64,000 bases of DNA from an uncultured Thermoprotei archaeon (GTDB lineage Archaea > Thermoproteota > Thermoprotei > Thermofilales > B15-G2). The position numbers and the translations under genes are program-made. Below, in pieces: positions 28,195 to 37,505 of the stretch; within the stretch, counting starts at the first letter, position 1, and each line of letters begins with the position of its first letter. Location: NCBI GenBank assembly GCA_965367815.1, contig CBDUKN010000003.1:448-64447 (forward strand). Direction: 5' to 3'. Under the pieces are notes generated by a model. That model was given only the letters and a program-made list of their open reading frames with translations. It had not been told where the DNA came from and searched no databases.

Positions 28195-29092
28195 AAGTGT
28201 GTTCCGGTAGAAAGTTTTTAGTTTTATATGCTCTGCAGTAGTCTTTAAGAAAACATTTTTCACATAAAGGTTTTTCTCTAAGACATATTGTTCGCCCAAA
28301 CCTCCACAGAAAATCATCCAGCAGGAAGGGATCTTTACCCGAGATCTCGGAGACAACCTTCCATGCCTCTCTAACTTTCACTCTGATTGCTGTATCGGTT
28401 TCAGAGTTTACTTCGATTTCCTTTAGTATGAAGCTGTAGTCCGTTAAGCTGACAATTCCTAGCCTCAAGGCAATACGAGTAAGATGATTGTCTACAGGTA
28501 CTTGGAAGTTCTGCGGGTCAGTGAACTTAATTAAGCCGCGGCCTTCCAAGAACTTCGCTAAGAGAAAAATCTTCTTCTCTACAGGGTCTTCATACGCTCT
28601 AAATACTTTAAGCCTTTCCTTGAATTCAGTAATGCTAGTTACATTAAAGAGCCCTGTGAAGTCACCGTAAATATCTAAAACTTTTTTCCCTAAGTCTCTT
28701 AAGAGAAGTACTCTTACTCCAGCATCCCACAGCGATACATCCCCGTAAGTAAAGACCCTATTGAACTCCTTTAAACTCAGTTTAGACAAGTTTTCTGCAG
28801 AAAAGTAATCGGGGTTACGTAAGAATTCTCTTGAACCCAGGTGGTGCAGTAAATCAGAGCCCTTGTATACAACACCGTTAATCGATGCTCTATATTCAGA
28901 AATAGGAGTCGAAGTCCTGTGGTCTAATGCAACTATTGCCGTAAAGTACCCTAATACCAGTTCACGAGGCTCGTTTGATGGAGGAAAATATTCTCCATTA
29001 AAGTAGTTTTCTCTCTTTATCTTAGCTTCTTTAAATTTCTCAGCTACTAACGCGCAGGCCTTATAGTCAATAAATATTTGATTTAAATCCAC
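28172..29092 (-). CDS. HhH-GPD-superfamily N-glycosylase-like protein with endonuclease III-type 4Fe-4S cluster loop
   Basis: VPVDNHLTRIALRLGIV matches vDtHv.Rv..RLG. The C-terminal FGRTICLREKPLCEKCFLKDYC has C-x6-C-x2-C-x5-C spacing. Confidence 0.5.
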   Translation of the reverse strand: MDLNQIFIDYKACALVAEKFKEAKIKRENYFNGEYFPPSNEPRELVLGYFTAIVALDHRTSTPISEYRASINGVVYKGSDLLHHLGSREFLRNPDYFSAENLSKLSLKEFNRVFTYGDVSLWDAGVRVLLLRDLGKKVLDIYGDFTGLFNVTSITEFKERLKVFRAYEDPVEKKIFLLAKFLEGRGLIKFTDPQNFQVPVDNHLTRIALRLGIVSLTDYSFILKEIEVNSETDTAIRVKVREAWKVVSEISGKDPFLLDDFLWRFGRTICLREKPLCEKCFLKDYCRAYKTKNFLPEHTFTLTWYY

Positions 29093-29236
29093 GTAGAGAA
29101 AAAGCGTTTAAAGATATTAGTCTTCCGCCAGCTTTCGCGATTCAAACATAGAAGCGAATTTAGATTGTATAAGCAGATGTACGCTTGCTGAATAGCTGAC
29201 GGCTTTGAAGAATACTGCATTAAAGAGAATAGACCT

Positions 29237-31027
29237 TTAGTCGAGTATTGAGCTTAATTTACCTGCTATTTCATCGATACTTCTAATTAAAACGAATTTG
29301 CCGCCACCTAGTCTAGCTAATGCTTCCCCGAACCCTATCCATTTTGATGGTACTGCTACGACATGTAGTGTTTTATAGAGTTTAGCTGCCTTGAGAGGAT
29401 TGTCGCCTGCAGTCCACTCGGCGTCTGTTATTAGAATTGCTTTAGGCTCGTAGCCTCTAGCAGTTAGTAAAGTATAGGCTTCTGTAAGTGCTTTATGTAT
29501 GTCCGTATAGCCGCAAGCTGTCAGCGATAAGATAGAGTCTACTAGAGTTTCTGCGGGTACTTTTTCATCAAAGTTTTTCAAAAGATCTACTTTCGTATTG
29601 AATGCTAGTACTGAGAAATCATCTACTTCACGTTCAGCGTAGACAAGTGAAGCGGCTATTAGTGCTGCTAAAAAGAGCCTGAGACCGCTCATTGAGAAGC
29701 TTCTGTCAATTATTAATGCATACGCTCTCCTACGTCTTTTCTTGGAAAAGAAAACAAAAGTATCGTAGTCTACTCCAGGTTTCTCAAGTATTTTCTCAAT
29801 AGTACTTTCTACGTCTAAGTCGCTGAAGTCACTCCAGCTACTTGTTTTAGTAAATCCTCTTCTGCCCGAAGTATATTGCTCAGCAAAGCGGACTATAAGA
29901 TACGTACCTATTTTCCTAGCTATTTCTCTGGTATCGTATGGTAAGAAAAAATATACTTTAGCTAAAGTATCCAGCCCCCTTAAACCAAGAAGTTCTAAAT
30001 CCTCTATTAATTTCTTATCGGAGGAAAGTATTAGCGCAGTTCTCCTTGGAGCTACTTGAGCTGTATCAGCTATTTTCTCTAAATCACTTATATCTACTTG
30101 ATGCTTCTTTTCTTCTTTATTACTTTTCTCACTAGTTTTACTTAAAGGAAAAGGAAGCGTCTTTTTAGTCCCTAATACCTTCCAGAATATTTCCTCTATT
30201 ACTTCATCCGGCGTTCTACTAGTGTCTTTAAGCCATATTTTCGTAGTGAAAGCCATTTTAGCGGCCAATAAAAGGTCATCTATACTCAGTTTTCCTTTAA
30301 TTTTCTCAATATTCTCGGCTATTAGAACCATGTCTATTGCTCCTCTAACAGAAGAACCCATTTTGACTGCTCGGTGTCTGCGGCTTTCCCTAGCTATATC
30401 TACCGCGAGTTCTATTAGGAGAAGATTTCTGCTACCTGTTCTCACCTTAACTATTTCTATTTCCTCTTCACGGCTCTGGTAATCCATTTTAATTCTAATG
30501 AATCTATCGAGAAGAGCTCTGCTGACTTTCCTCGTGCCGACATCGTCGTAAGGGTTCATGGCACATATTATTCTGAAGCTAGGCTTTGCTTTAATGATTC
30601 CTAGCCTCGGCACAGCTATTTCGTGGTCCTCGGCTGCTCTAATCAGAGTATTTGCTGCGTCCTCAGACATTCTATTGAATTCCTCTATGTACAGTATTCC
30701 GCCTTCAATCATAGCTTTGACTAAAGGTCCTGGCTCAAAGTACTCTGGCTTAAAGCCGTCGGTCATTACTCTAGCAGGATTAAATACTCCTACGAGCTTC
30801 TGGGGAGTCAGATCGCTTGACCCCTCGACTATGTAGAAGGAGACGCCTGAGTTTTCTGCTATTGCTTTAAGTATTGTAGACTTAGATGTGCCTGGAGGTC
30901 CTTCTAGAAGAACATTTCGGCCGGCAGCTAAAGCCGATATAATAGCTACTACTTCGGTTCTACGCCCCACTATTTTGCTGCAAACTTTTTCTAGCAGACT
31001 TCTGTTAGCATAAGGATTTACGTCCAC
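29237..31027 (-). CDS. MoxR/ChlI-class AAA+ ATPase fused to a C-terminal von Willebrand factor A (vWA) domain
   Basis: Walker A LLEGPPGTSKST and Walker B GILYIEEFNRM. C-terminal MIDAS motif ALIIDRSFSMSG (DxSxS). 596 aa. Confidence 0.8.
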   Translation of the reverse strand: MDVNPYANRSLLEKVCSKIVGRRTEVVAIISALAAGRNVLLEGPPGTSKSTILKAIAENSGVSFYIVEGSSDLTPQKLVGVFNPARVMTDGFKPEYFEPGPLVKAMIEGGILYIEEFNRMSEDAANTLIRAAEDHEIAVPRLGIIKAKPSFRIICAMNPYDDVGTRKVSRALLDRFIRIKMDYQSREEEIEIVKVRTGSRNLLLIELAVDIARESRRHRAVKMGSSVRGAIDMVLIAENIEKIKGKLSIDDLLLAAKMAFTTKIWLKDTSRTPDEVIEEIFWKVLGTKKTLPFPLSKTSEKSNKEEKKHQVDISDLEKIADTAQVAPRRTALILSSDKKLIEDLELLGLRGLDTLAKVYFFLPYDTREIARKIGTYLIVRFAEQYTSGRRGFTKTSSWSDFSDLDVESTIEKILEKPGVDYDTFVFFSKKRRRRAYALIIDRSFSMSGLRLFLAALIAASLVYAEREVDDFSVLAFNTKVDLLKNFDEKVPAETLVDSILSLTACGYTDIHKALTEAYTLLTARGYEPKAILITDAEWTAGDNPLKAAKLYKTLHVVAVPSKWIGFGEALARLGGGKFVLIRSIDEIAGKLSSILD

Positions 31028-31106
31028 TGTAATAGTTCTTCATTAACGAAACTTAAGTATTGCTTAAAACCTGTATTTACTAAACGCGTCAGCTGAAGTA
31101 AACTAC

Positions 31107-31709
31107 CTACTTTATGTCTATGTCTTTGGGGTTCGGCAAGATCATGAGTATTTCTTCGGGATCGCCTACCGCTATGTATTTTCCCTCTAAGTAGAGTTTA
31201 GCGACGATAGCGCATGTTATGGCGTCTAGTTCATGTGTAGATAATTTGTGTTCAATATCTCCTTTCAAATTAAATATTTCGGCTAGTTTTCTTCTGAGTT
31301 CTTCTCTGTTTTTCTTGGAGCGCGGCAGCTTAAGGAGGTCTTGGGCCGCGCCCGGGTAAGTTTCTATTACTGTGAACCCTAGTTCAGTGAGCTTTTTCCT
31401 AAGCTTTATTCCGCGGAGAGTAAGCTGTCTCATTCCCCCGAAATTGAGTGGGAAAAATCGAATACCCATTTTTCTCAAGGCTTTATCACATTCTCGGATA
31501 CAGTTTTTAGAGTCTAGTGTTTTTCCTTTAGGCAGTGATAGTGGTGCATCTATTGCTACTACGGCGGGTTTTTCTCTCAGTATTTCTGAAACTATTTCAT
31601 TATCAGTATACACTAGTTTGGTTTTTACTGTACTGTCTACTATGAAGCATATTCCTGTAGGTCTTGTCTCTACTCCAGCTAAGTCTATGCCAGCAACTAC
31701 TGCGGCCAC
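31107..31709 (-). CDS. DUF429-like predicted RNase H-fold nuclease
   Basis: VAGIDLAGVETRPTGICF and VVAIDAPLSLPKG match the DUF429/COG2410 pattern. Confidence 0.65.
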   Translation of the reverse strand: MAAVVAGIDLAGVETRPTGICFIVDSTVKTKLVYTDNEIVSEILREKPAVVAIDAPLSLPKGKTLDSKNCIRECDKALRKMGIRFFPLNFGGMRQLTLRGIKLRKKLTELGFTVIETYPGAAQDLLKLPRSKKNREELRRKLAEIFNLKGDIEHKLSTHELDAITCAIVAKLYLEGKYIAVGDPEEILMILPNPKDIDIK

Positions 31710-31720
31710 TAGTATATTTG

Positions 31721-32419
31721 CTAGCTGATGCGGGATATTAGTTTCGGCAGGTACTTTATTGAAGGTATTGCGTAGGCTTTTGCTCCTAGAGAAACTATGT
31801 CTTTGACGTTGGGCAATATTAGCGCAGCATAGAATCCTGAAAGAATAGCCCCGGCAAAGTCTTCGTATAGTCCGTCTCCTACGTGTATTGCTTCTTCAGC
31901 CGATACACTGAATCTCTTTAAGATTAGCTCAAAAAACTCTTTCTGAGGTTTTTGGTAGCCTACTTCGTCTGCGTAGAACTGGGCTTCAATATAGCTAGCT
32001 AGCTCTGTTCTCTCTAAAAGTAGTCTTGTGTAGCTGCCGGGCCAGAAGAGAACGTTTCCCAGCACAGCTTTCTTTAAGCCTACTTTACTTAATTCTTTGA
32101 GAGCCTCGTATGCTCCCTCAGCAACTAGTTTTTCTGTATTTACTGTTAAAACAGCTTTAGCTACAGCTCTCTGAAAAATGTCAGCTGAAGTACCTAAGTA
32201 ATCTGCTGCTAGTTTCTGTGTTTTCTGAACAATGTCTTCTTTAAGAACTCCTTTGCGTCTAAGGTTTTTTGCCTCGATATGTGCTGTAGAGAGTTTTTTG
32301 TAGAGTTCTTCTGGAGAGCTTCCAGTAAACTCTGCTACTTGCTTAGCTATTTCTTTTAGGAATATGTCTAAGTTTAGTAGAGTATTCCAGACATCTAGCG
32401 AAACTACTTTTATCTTCAT
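31721..32419 (-). CDS. HAD-superfamily hydrolase (subfamily IA-like)
   Basis: VVSLDVWNTLL (motif I variant), LGNVLFWPG, and HVGDGLYEDFAGA (motif IV). Confidence 0.8.
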   Translation of the reverse strand: MKIKVVSLDVWNTLLNLDIFLKEIAKQVAEFTGSSPEELYKKLSTAHIEAKNLRRKGVLKEDIVQKTQKLAADYLGTSADIFQRAVAKAVLTVNTEKLVAEGAYEALKELSKVGLKKAVLGNVLFWPGSYTRLLLERTELASYIEAQFYADEVGYQKPQKEFFELILKRFSVSAEEAIHVGDGLYEDFAGAILSGFYAALILPNVKDIVSLGAKAYAIPSIKYLPKLISRIS

Positions 32420-32512
32420 TCTTTCACCAGAACTAGTTTAAAAGCGGTCGAAGAGATATAAAGCTCGCGGACACAAAGTGAAATATACTTTTCTATTAAA
32501 TTTAATGAGAGC

Positions 32513-33553
32513 GTGGCTAAGAAGCTGGGTTTCGCTGTTATAGGCTGTAGAGAAGTATCACAGATAGCTTGGCTACCTTTACTTAAAACATGTACTCAAG
32601 CAGAGTTGATAGGCGTATTTGATACTAGTAGAGAGCTCGCTAAATCTACTGCCGAAGAATACTCAACTAACTTCTATTCTGAGCTCAGCGAGCTTTTGAA
32701 AGACCCTAAAGTAGACGCTGTTGTAGTTGCTTCACCTCTAGAAGTACGCAAAGAACACGCTATAATGGCTCTCGAGGAAGAGAAAAATGTTGTAGTGGAA
32801 GTACCTGTTGCAGCAACTTACAGCGAGGCATTAGAGATAGCTAGAGTTGCTGAAAAAAGGGGTAGGAAACTAATGTCGGCTTATATGCTCCGATACGACA
32901 CTGGATGCAGATATGTTAAGAGAATACTTGAAGGCCAGAAAATAACTCTCTTTAAGCAATTTTATGTCGCAGGGTCCTCTGGCTTAAAGCTCTGTAGAGA
33001 GAGTTTATCTGGAAGACTTTTTGCAGAAGAATTTAAGGTTCCTGTCGAGCTAGAGGAGGAGGCAGAGCAATTCTATGAGCGCTTGCTGGGCGCGTGGAGC
33101 CACTACATTAACCTAATGAGATGGTATGCAGGCGAGCCGAGTGGAGTAAAGTATGTTGAAGTATGGAATAGGGGGAATTCTTTCATGGTGTCTTTTGAGT
33201 ACAGTAGCTTTAAGCATATAGCGGTATACAGTCGTGTAGAGGGACGCAATTTTTCGGCTGGAGCTACAATATATACTGATGACTACTGGATATCAGTAAA
33301 TACTCCTCCTCTTTTGGAGAAAGCAACGTACTCTACAGTCGAGATATATGATTCAAAGAAAGAGGTGACTTGGAGGCCCAGACTACCTCGAGAATGGTGC
33401 TACGAGAGAGGTCTTCTGCACTTTATTGAAATGACTCAAGAAGACAGAGATTATGAGACAGGTGCGAATGATACTCTTCAAGATATTTACTGGATAGAAA
33501 GAGTTTTTGAAAGATATCTCAAAGTATCACTTAAGTCCCAAAATATAATTTAA
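32513..33553 (+). CDS. Gfo/Idh/MocA-family NAD(P)-dependent oxidoreductase (divergent)
   Basis: GTG start. N-terminal Rossmann LGFAVIGCREVSQIAWLP. The conserved E-K-P position reads EVPVA. Confidence 0.7.
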   Translation: MAKKLGFAVIGCREVSQIAWLPLLKTCTQAELIGVFDTSRELAKSTAEEYSTNFYSELSELLKDPKVDAVVVASPLEVRKEHAIMALEEEKNVVVEVPVAATYSEALEIARVAEKRGRKLMSAYMLRYDTGCRYVKRILEGQKITLFKQFYVAGSSGLKLCRESLSGRLFAEEFKVPVELEEEAEQFYERLLGAWSHYINLMRWYAGEPSGVKYVEVWNRGNSFMVSFEYSSFKHIAVYSRVEGRNFSAGATIYTDDYWISVNTPPLLEKATYSTVEIYDSKKEVTWRPRLPREWCYERGLLHFIEMTQEDRDYETGANDTLQDIYWIERVFERYLKVSLKSQNII

Positions 33554-33625
33554 TAAATTTAGGAAATAGAATAATTCTCCGATAAGCCTTATTTTCTCAA
33601 ATTTATCTAGCATTAAGGGAACTCT

Positions 33626-34687
33626 ATGTTCTTTTCGTTAATTAAAATGGCTAAAAAATGGCTTGCAACAGTTTTATTGTCGCTAGTTATCTTCATATTT
33701 GCTCTTTACACCAATAACTTTATTCTCTACGCAGTATCCTATGCAATACTGGCTTTTGCTCAACTAGCTTTGCCTTCAGACATAGAAATAGCTAAAAAGT
33801 TTTCTTCAACTGCTATTGGAAAGCTTATTTCACTTAAATACAATTTAATAGATTTAACTAAAGTTTTAATATTTTTAATGGCTGTAATAGCATTTATAAC
33901 GCACAGAGATTTCACTACACTATTCTACTTAATATACTTCGCTACAATGCTCTCGCTAGTATTTCTTAAAGTACCCTTCAAGAGACTGATTTTAGCTGCA
34001 GCTTTATTCTCAGCAGGAATTATAGGAAATTACTCAATTGCAGTTAGCGAGAAGCCTTTAACGTTAAAGGCACTTATGCTCCTTTTAGTAAACTCTTTTA
34101 CAGTTCCATCGGTGCTGTACTTGATTAAAGCATATAGAGAAGCTAGAGGAAAAACATTTTTGCTAACAGGTCAAATAGTGGCAATAGGACTTATTCTTAT
34201 AGGACTGTTTCCTATAATGGGAGCTATTGCTTTTCCAGCGGAAATTTACTGGAAAATAGTTTCTGTGCTCAGTGGTCTTATTGTAGTGTCGTCACTGCGC
34301 TACTTATTGATGACACTTGCAGGCAGACTGTGGACTACGCAAATATACTACGGGGATATGCTCTGCGAGGTGGCTGATATTTTGTCTAGAATTCTTCAGC
34401 GAGAAAACATAGTATACAGTGTTAAAGAACCTAAGTCTGTTCTTGCTACTTTAGGAATATCTTCTCCTCAATACGAGTTCATTATAACGTCTCCGTTTAG
34501 AGCTAAAATAGTTTTAAGGAAGTGGATTCATAGAGCAAGAGTACGCAGCATACCTATGAAGGTGGGTGAGCCAGGACTAGTTATTAGCATTATGCCTGGC
34601 CCAAAGAAAGCTGATCCTCGGTTTAAGAAAATAGTAGCAGAGTTCATAGAGCGCTTAAATATATCTTCGCTTGACTGGAAGACATAA
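33626..34687 (+). CDS. Polytopic membrane protein with C-terminal soluble domain, function unknown
   Basis: 353 aa with ~8 hydrophobic segments, then a ~110-aa charged tail. Confidence 0.6.
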   Translation: MFFSLIKMAKKWLATVLLSLVIFIFALYTNNFILYAVSYAILAFAQLALPSDIEIAKKFSSTAIGKLISLKYNLIDLTKVLIFLMAVIAFITHRDFTTLFYLIYFATMLSLVFLKVPFKRLILAAALFSAGIIGNYSIAVSEKPLTLKALMLLLVNSFTVPSVLYLIKAYREARGKTFLLTGQIVAIGLILIGLFPIMGAIAFPAEIYWKIVSVLSGLIVVSSLRYLLMTLAGRLWTTQIYYGDMLCEVADILSRILQRENIVYSVKEPKSVLATLGISSPQYEFIITSPFRAKIVLRKWIHRARVRSIPMKVGEPGLVISIMPGPKKADPRFKKIVAEFIERLNISSLDWKT

Positions 34688-34700
34688 GTAGGTTTTAGGT

Positions 34701-36050
34701 GTGGTTAGTAGCGTGTACTTGAGAATAATCTCCGTAATTGCCGTTGTTTCTTTAGTTCTGTCTATAGCTGCTTCCCCCTATGTTCTCTTATTTAATATAA
34801 GGGGCCACGCCTGCTACTCTATAGTAGCTGGCAAGAAAATAGCTGTCTGTGGATGGATAGAGTCTAGCGAAAAACCCGTCGGTTTTGTTGCTTTAGTTGG
34901 AGAAAAAGTAGAGTGGTTTACTTTAGTCGAAGAAGTATATGAGCTGAGGAAAATTGCTGTTTTAGGAGAAAAACTTGTTGTCTGCGGTTCATGGTTTATA
35001 GGTTCTTTTGATCTGTGGAATGGAGATCTTGAGTGGGGCTACTCTAGTGGTACGTGGCTAAATGACCTGCTAATTCTTCCTAATATGAATATTTTTGTCT
35101 GCGGCGTAGGCTACGTTGCTTTACTTAGTTCTTCAGGCAAGATTTTGCTAGAGAGAGTATTTAACGTAGTAAGACCTGACGGTACTTCAGCTAAGCCTTT
35201 CTTTTTTGCCGCTACTCTAGTTGGAGATAAAGTTGTTCTTGCTGGAGCAGTATTTAATGTGCTTTCGCGTAGCAGTGGGCTAGACTGCCTAGTAGTATGC
35301 ATTAGTTTAAAGGACCTGAAGGTTCTTTGGGCAAAGTGTTTCGGCGGAAAAAGCCACGATAGGCTCTATGGCGTCTGCTGTAAAGACAAGTTGATCTACG
35401 TTACTGGTCATACTTTGAGTCATTTTTCTTTAAGACAGGAAGCTGTAGTAGCCTGCTTTTCTACAGACGGCGAAATGAAGTGGTGTAGAGTACTTTTCAG
35501 CAAAGCTTGGTGCTACGGAGTTAGCGTTTTTTCAGCGCAGGCAGTCTATGTAGTAGGTTTATCTGAGAGCTATGGTGTGAAGAAAACAGTTTTCGTAGCC
35601 GAGCTGGCTGAAGGAAACGGCGATCTTCTAGAACTATTTGAAGTAAAGTTGGGTAAGTACACTACGCTTACACTGGGGTCTCATATAGAAGGACTTTCTA
35701 AAGGAATTCTAGTTTCATGTAGTAATGGGTCTCCGCTAGTAGTTTACTGGCCACTGGGCTTTGAGGGTAGCTTTAAGCTAGACAATAGTTCTAAGCTAGT
35801 AGTAGAAAGAGGAAAATTTAACAGTTCTCCATGGAACGCCGCCATAAAGGAAGTCAAGATATCCGTATCGGTGGGAAGAATGCTTTTCAAGGAAAACTTC
35901 CAAGTAAAGAAAATCAACGTAGAAATTGTACAGAGAGGCGAGCTACCTGTTCTTGAAGAAAAATACCTTGACTTGAGACTTATTCTACTGACTTTAGTCT
36001 GCGCGGTTGCAGTGCTGCTACTTTTATTCAAGAGATTTAAGAGAAGTTAA
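34701..36050 (+). CDS. Cys-rich beta-propeller-like surface protein with N-terminal signal/anchor and C-terminal TM anchor
   Basis: GTG start. Recurrent blade-like motif: GKKIAVCGW, GEKLVVCGSW, NIFVCGVGY, GDKVVLAGAV, DKLIYVTGHT, QAVYVVGLS. C-terminal LILLTLVCAVAVLLLLFKRFKRS. Confidence 0.45.
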   Translation: MVSSVYLRIISVIAVVSLVLSIAASPYVLLFNIRGHACYSIVAGKKIAVCGWIESSEKPVGFVALVGEKVEWFTLVEEVYELRKIAVLGEKLVVCGSWFIGSFDLWNGDLEWGYSSGTWLNDLLILPNMNIFVCGVGYVALLSSSGKILLERVFNVVRPDGTSAKPFFFAATLVGDKVVLAGAVFNVLSRSSGLDCLVVCISLKDLKVLWAKCFGGKSHDRLYGVCCKDKLIYVTGHTLSHFSLRQEAVVACFSTDGEMKWCRVLFSKAWCYGVSVFSAQAVYVVGLSESYGVKKTVFVAELAEGNGDLLELFEVKLGKYTTLTLGSHIEGLSKGILVSCSNGSPLVVYWPLGFEGSFKLDNSSKLVVERGKFNSSPWNAAIKEVKISVSVGRMLFKENFQVKKINVEIVQRGELPVLEEKYLDLRLILLTLVCAVAVLLLLFKRFKRS

Positions 36051-37339
36051 ATTAAGTAGACTTCGGCCAACTTTACTTCATTCTTTTCTTTGGATCTAAG
36101 CTTGAATCTAATTAAGCGTCCACAGCACTCTACTTTGCTACGGACTACGCGACCACCCGGAATAGATATTCTGTCGACAGTTCTCCAGGAGCCGTTGAGC
36201 GACAGTGTTTCTACCTCGAGCTCTGCGTCGCCTACCAAGAGCAAGTAAAGTGTTGCTTGGCTATAGCCTAAAACAGGTATAGGATCTATTTCTAGTTCGC
36301 TTACAAAACTAATGTTTTCAGCAGGTATTCCTTTACTTGTAAGAGAATATGCTATGGGAGGAGTCTCTAGCTTCATAGAGGCAGGTATTTTCACGACAAG
36401 ACTTTCGCAGAATCCACCTAGACCACTCCAGTTGTTACATGCTAAGTAAATAGAGTCTCCGTAAACCTCTATGTCGTAAATACCATAAGGCAATTGAATT
36501 AAGCGCCCCAGCTGATAGTTATCCCATACCCATACTTCTCCTCTAGCCGGAGCACAGGTACCCGCACCATACACGATAAACAGCCTGTCTTCGAAAGTCT
36601 TCAGTCTTATAGCAACATTATGAGGTTGCCTAAACTGTCTTCGCTCAAAAATCTTATTTAGCTCACCGTCAAAGAAATAGACGTTTCCTCTCCCATCAGC
36701 TATGTAAGGATAGTCTAGTACTACTCTATCGCTAGGTGAATGCGATCTAAACCACTCTACATGACTGTAGACGCGGTACTCTCTCCATTTTTTGCCGTCT
36801 TCAGAGCAGTATACTCTACTGGGAGCCCTAATAGGCTCTCCTTCAAAAACATAGAACTCTGACTCGTATTCAATAAACTGATAAAGCGACTTATTTGAAG
36901 AAAATTCGAATACTCTTTTCCACTTCACGCCATCGCTAGTTCTCCAAATTTCATTTCGCCTGCCAGCATAGAGAAAGTCTTTGAATATACCCAGTGATTC
37001 TATGAGGCCTCCTCCACCTCCGCCGCCCGGAGAAAGCTCTAGTACTTTCTTGAACTCAGATCCATCGTACTCAAAGACAAACGTCTTGTCTCCCGAGGCA
37101 CTAGAAGCTCCGACATAAAGCTTGCCGTCGAAAAACTGGTAGGCCCAGAAGTTCATTACGCCAATAAGCCTTGCTTCCCATTCATAGCCGTCTACACTAG
37201 AATACACTCGAGCCTCATCTTCAATTCCTTTAAGCGAATTAATACATACAATAAGCTCGCCTCCATAAGCTATAAGCGAAGGTATTTCAGTAGGATACTT
37301 TGACCTATAAGAAAATACTACTTCAATATCTTCGCTCAT
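36047..37339 (-). CDS. BNR/Asp-box repeat beta-propeller protein, no signal peptide
   Basis: Asp-box-like SSVDGYEWEA, TSDGVKWKRV and SEDGKKWREY. Gly6 run. 430 aa. Confidence 0.5.
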   Translation of the reverse strand: MSEDIEVVFSYRSKYPTEIPSLIAYGGELIVCINSLKGIEDEARVYSSVDGYEWEARLIGVMNFWAYQFFDGKLYVGASSASGDKTFVFEYDGSEFKKVLELSPGGGGGGGLIESLGIFKDFLYAGRRNEIWRTSDGVKWKRVFEFSSNKSLYQFIEYESEFYVFEGEPIRAPSRVYCSEDGKKWREYRVYSHVEWFRSHSPSDRVVLDYPYIADGRGNVYFFDGELNKIFERRQFRQPHNVAIRLKTFEDRLFIVYGAGTCAPARGEVWVWDNYQLGRLIQLPYGIYDIEVYGDSIYLACNNWSGLGGFCESLVVKIPASMKLETPPIAYSLTSKGIPAENISFVSELEIDPIPVLGYSQATLYLLLVGDAELEVETLSLNGSWRTVDRISIPGGRVVRSKVECCGRLIRFKLRSKEKNEVKLAEVYLI

Positions 37340-37505
37340 GTATTTAATGCTTTAATGCAAAAATAAATTAGTTTTTGAGGAATTAGTCTTCGAGTTCTCT
37401 TTTAGCTTAAAAGTAAATATACTAAAGCAAGGAAAATAGTTTTATAAACAGTAAGTGAACCTATATACTAATATAGATAAGTATATTGGCATAAAGGTTG
37501 TGACT

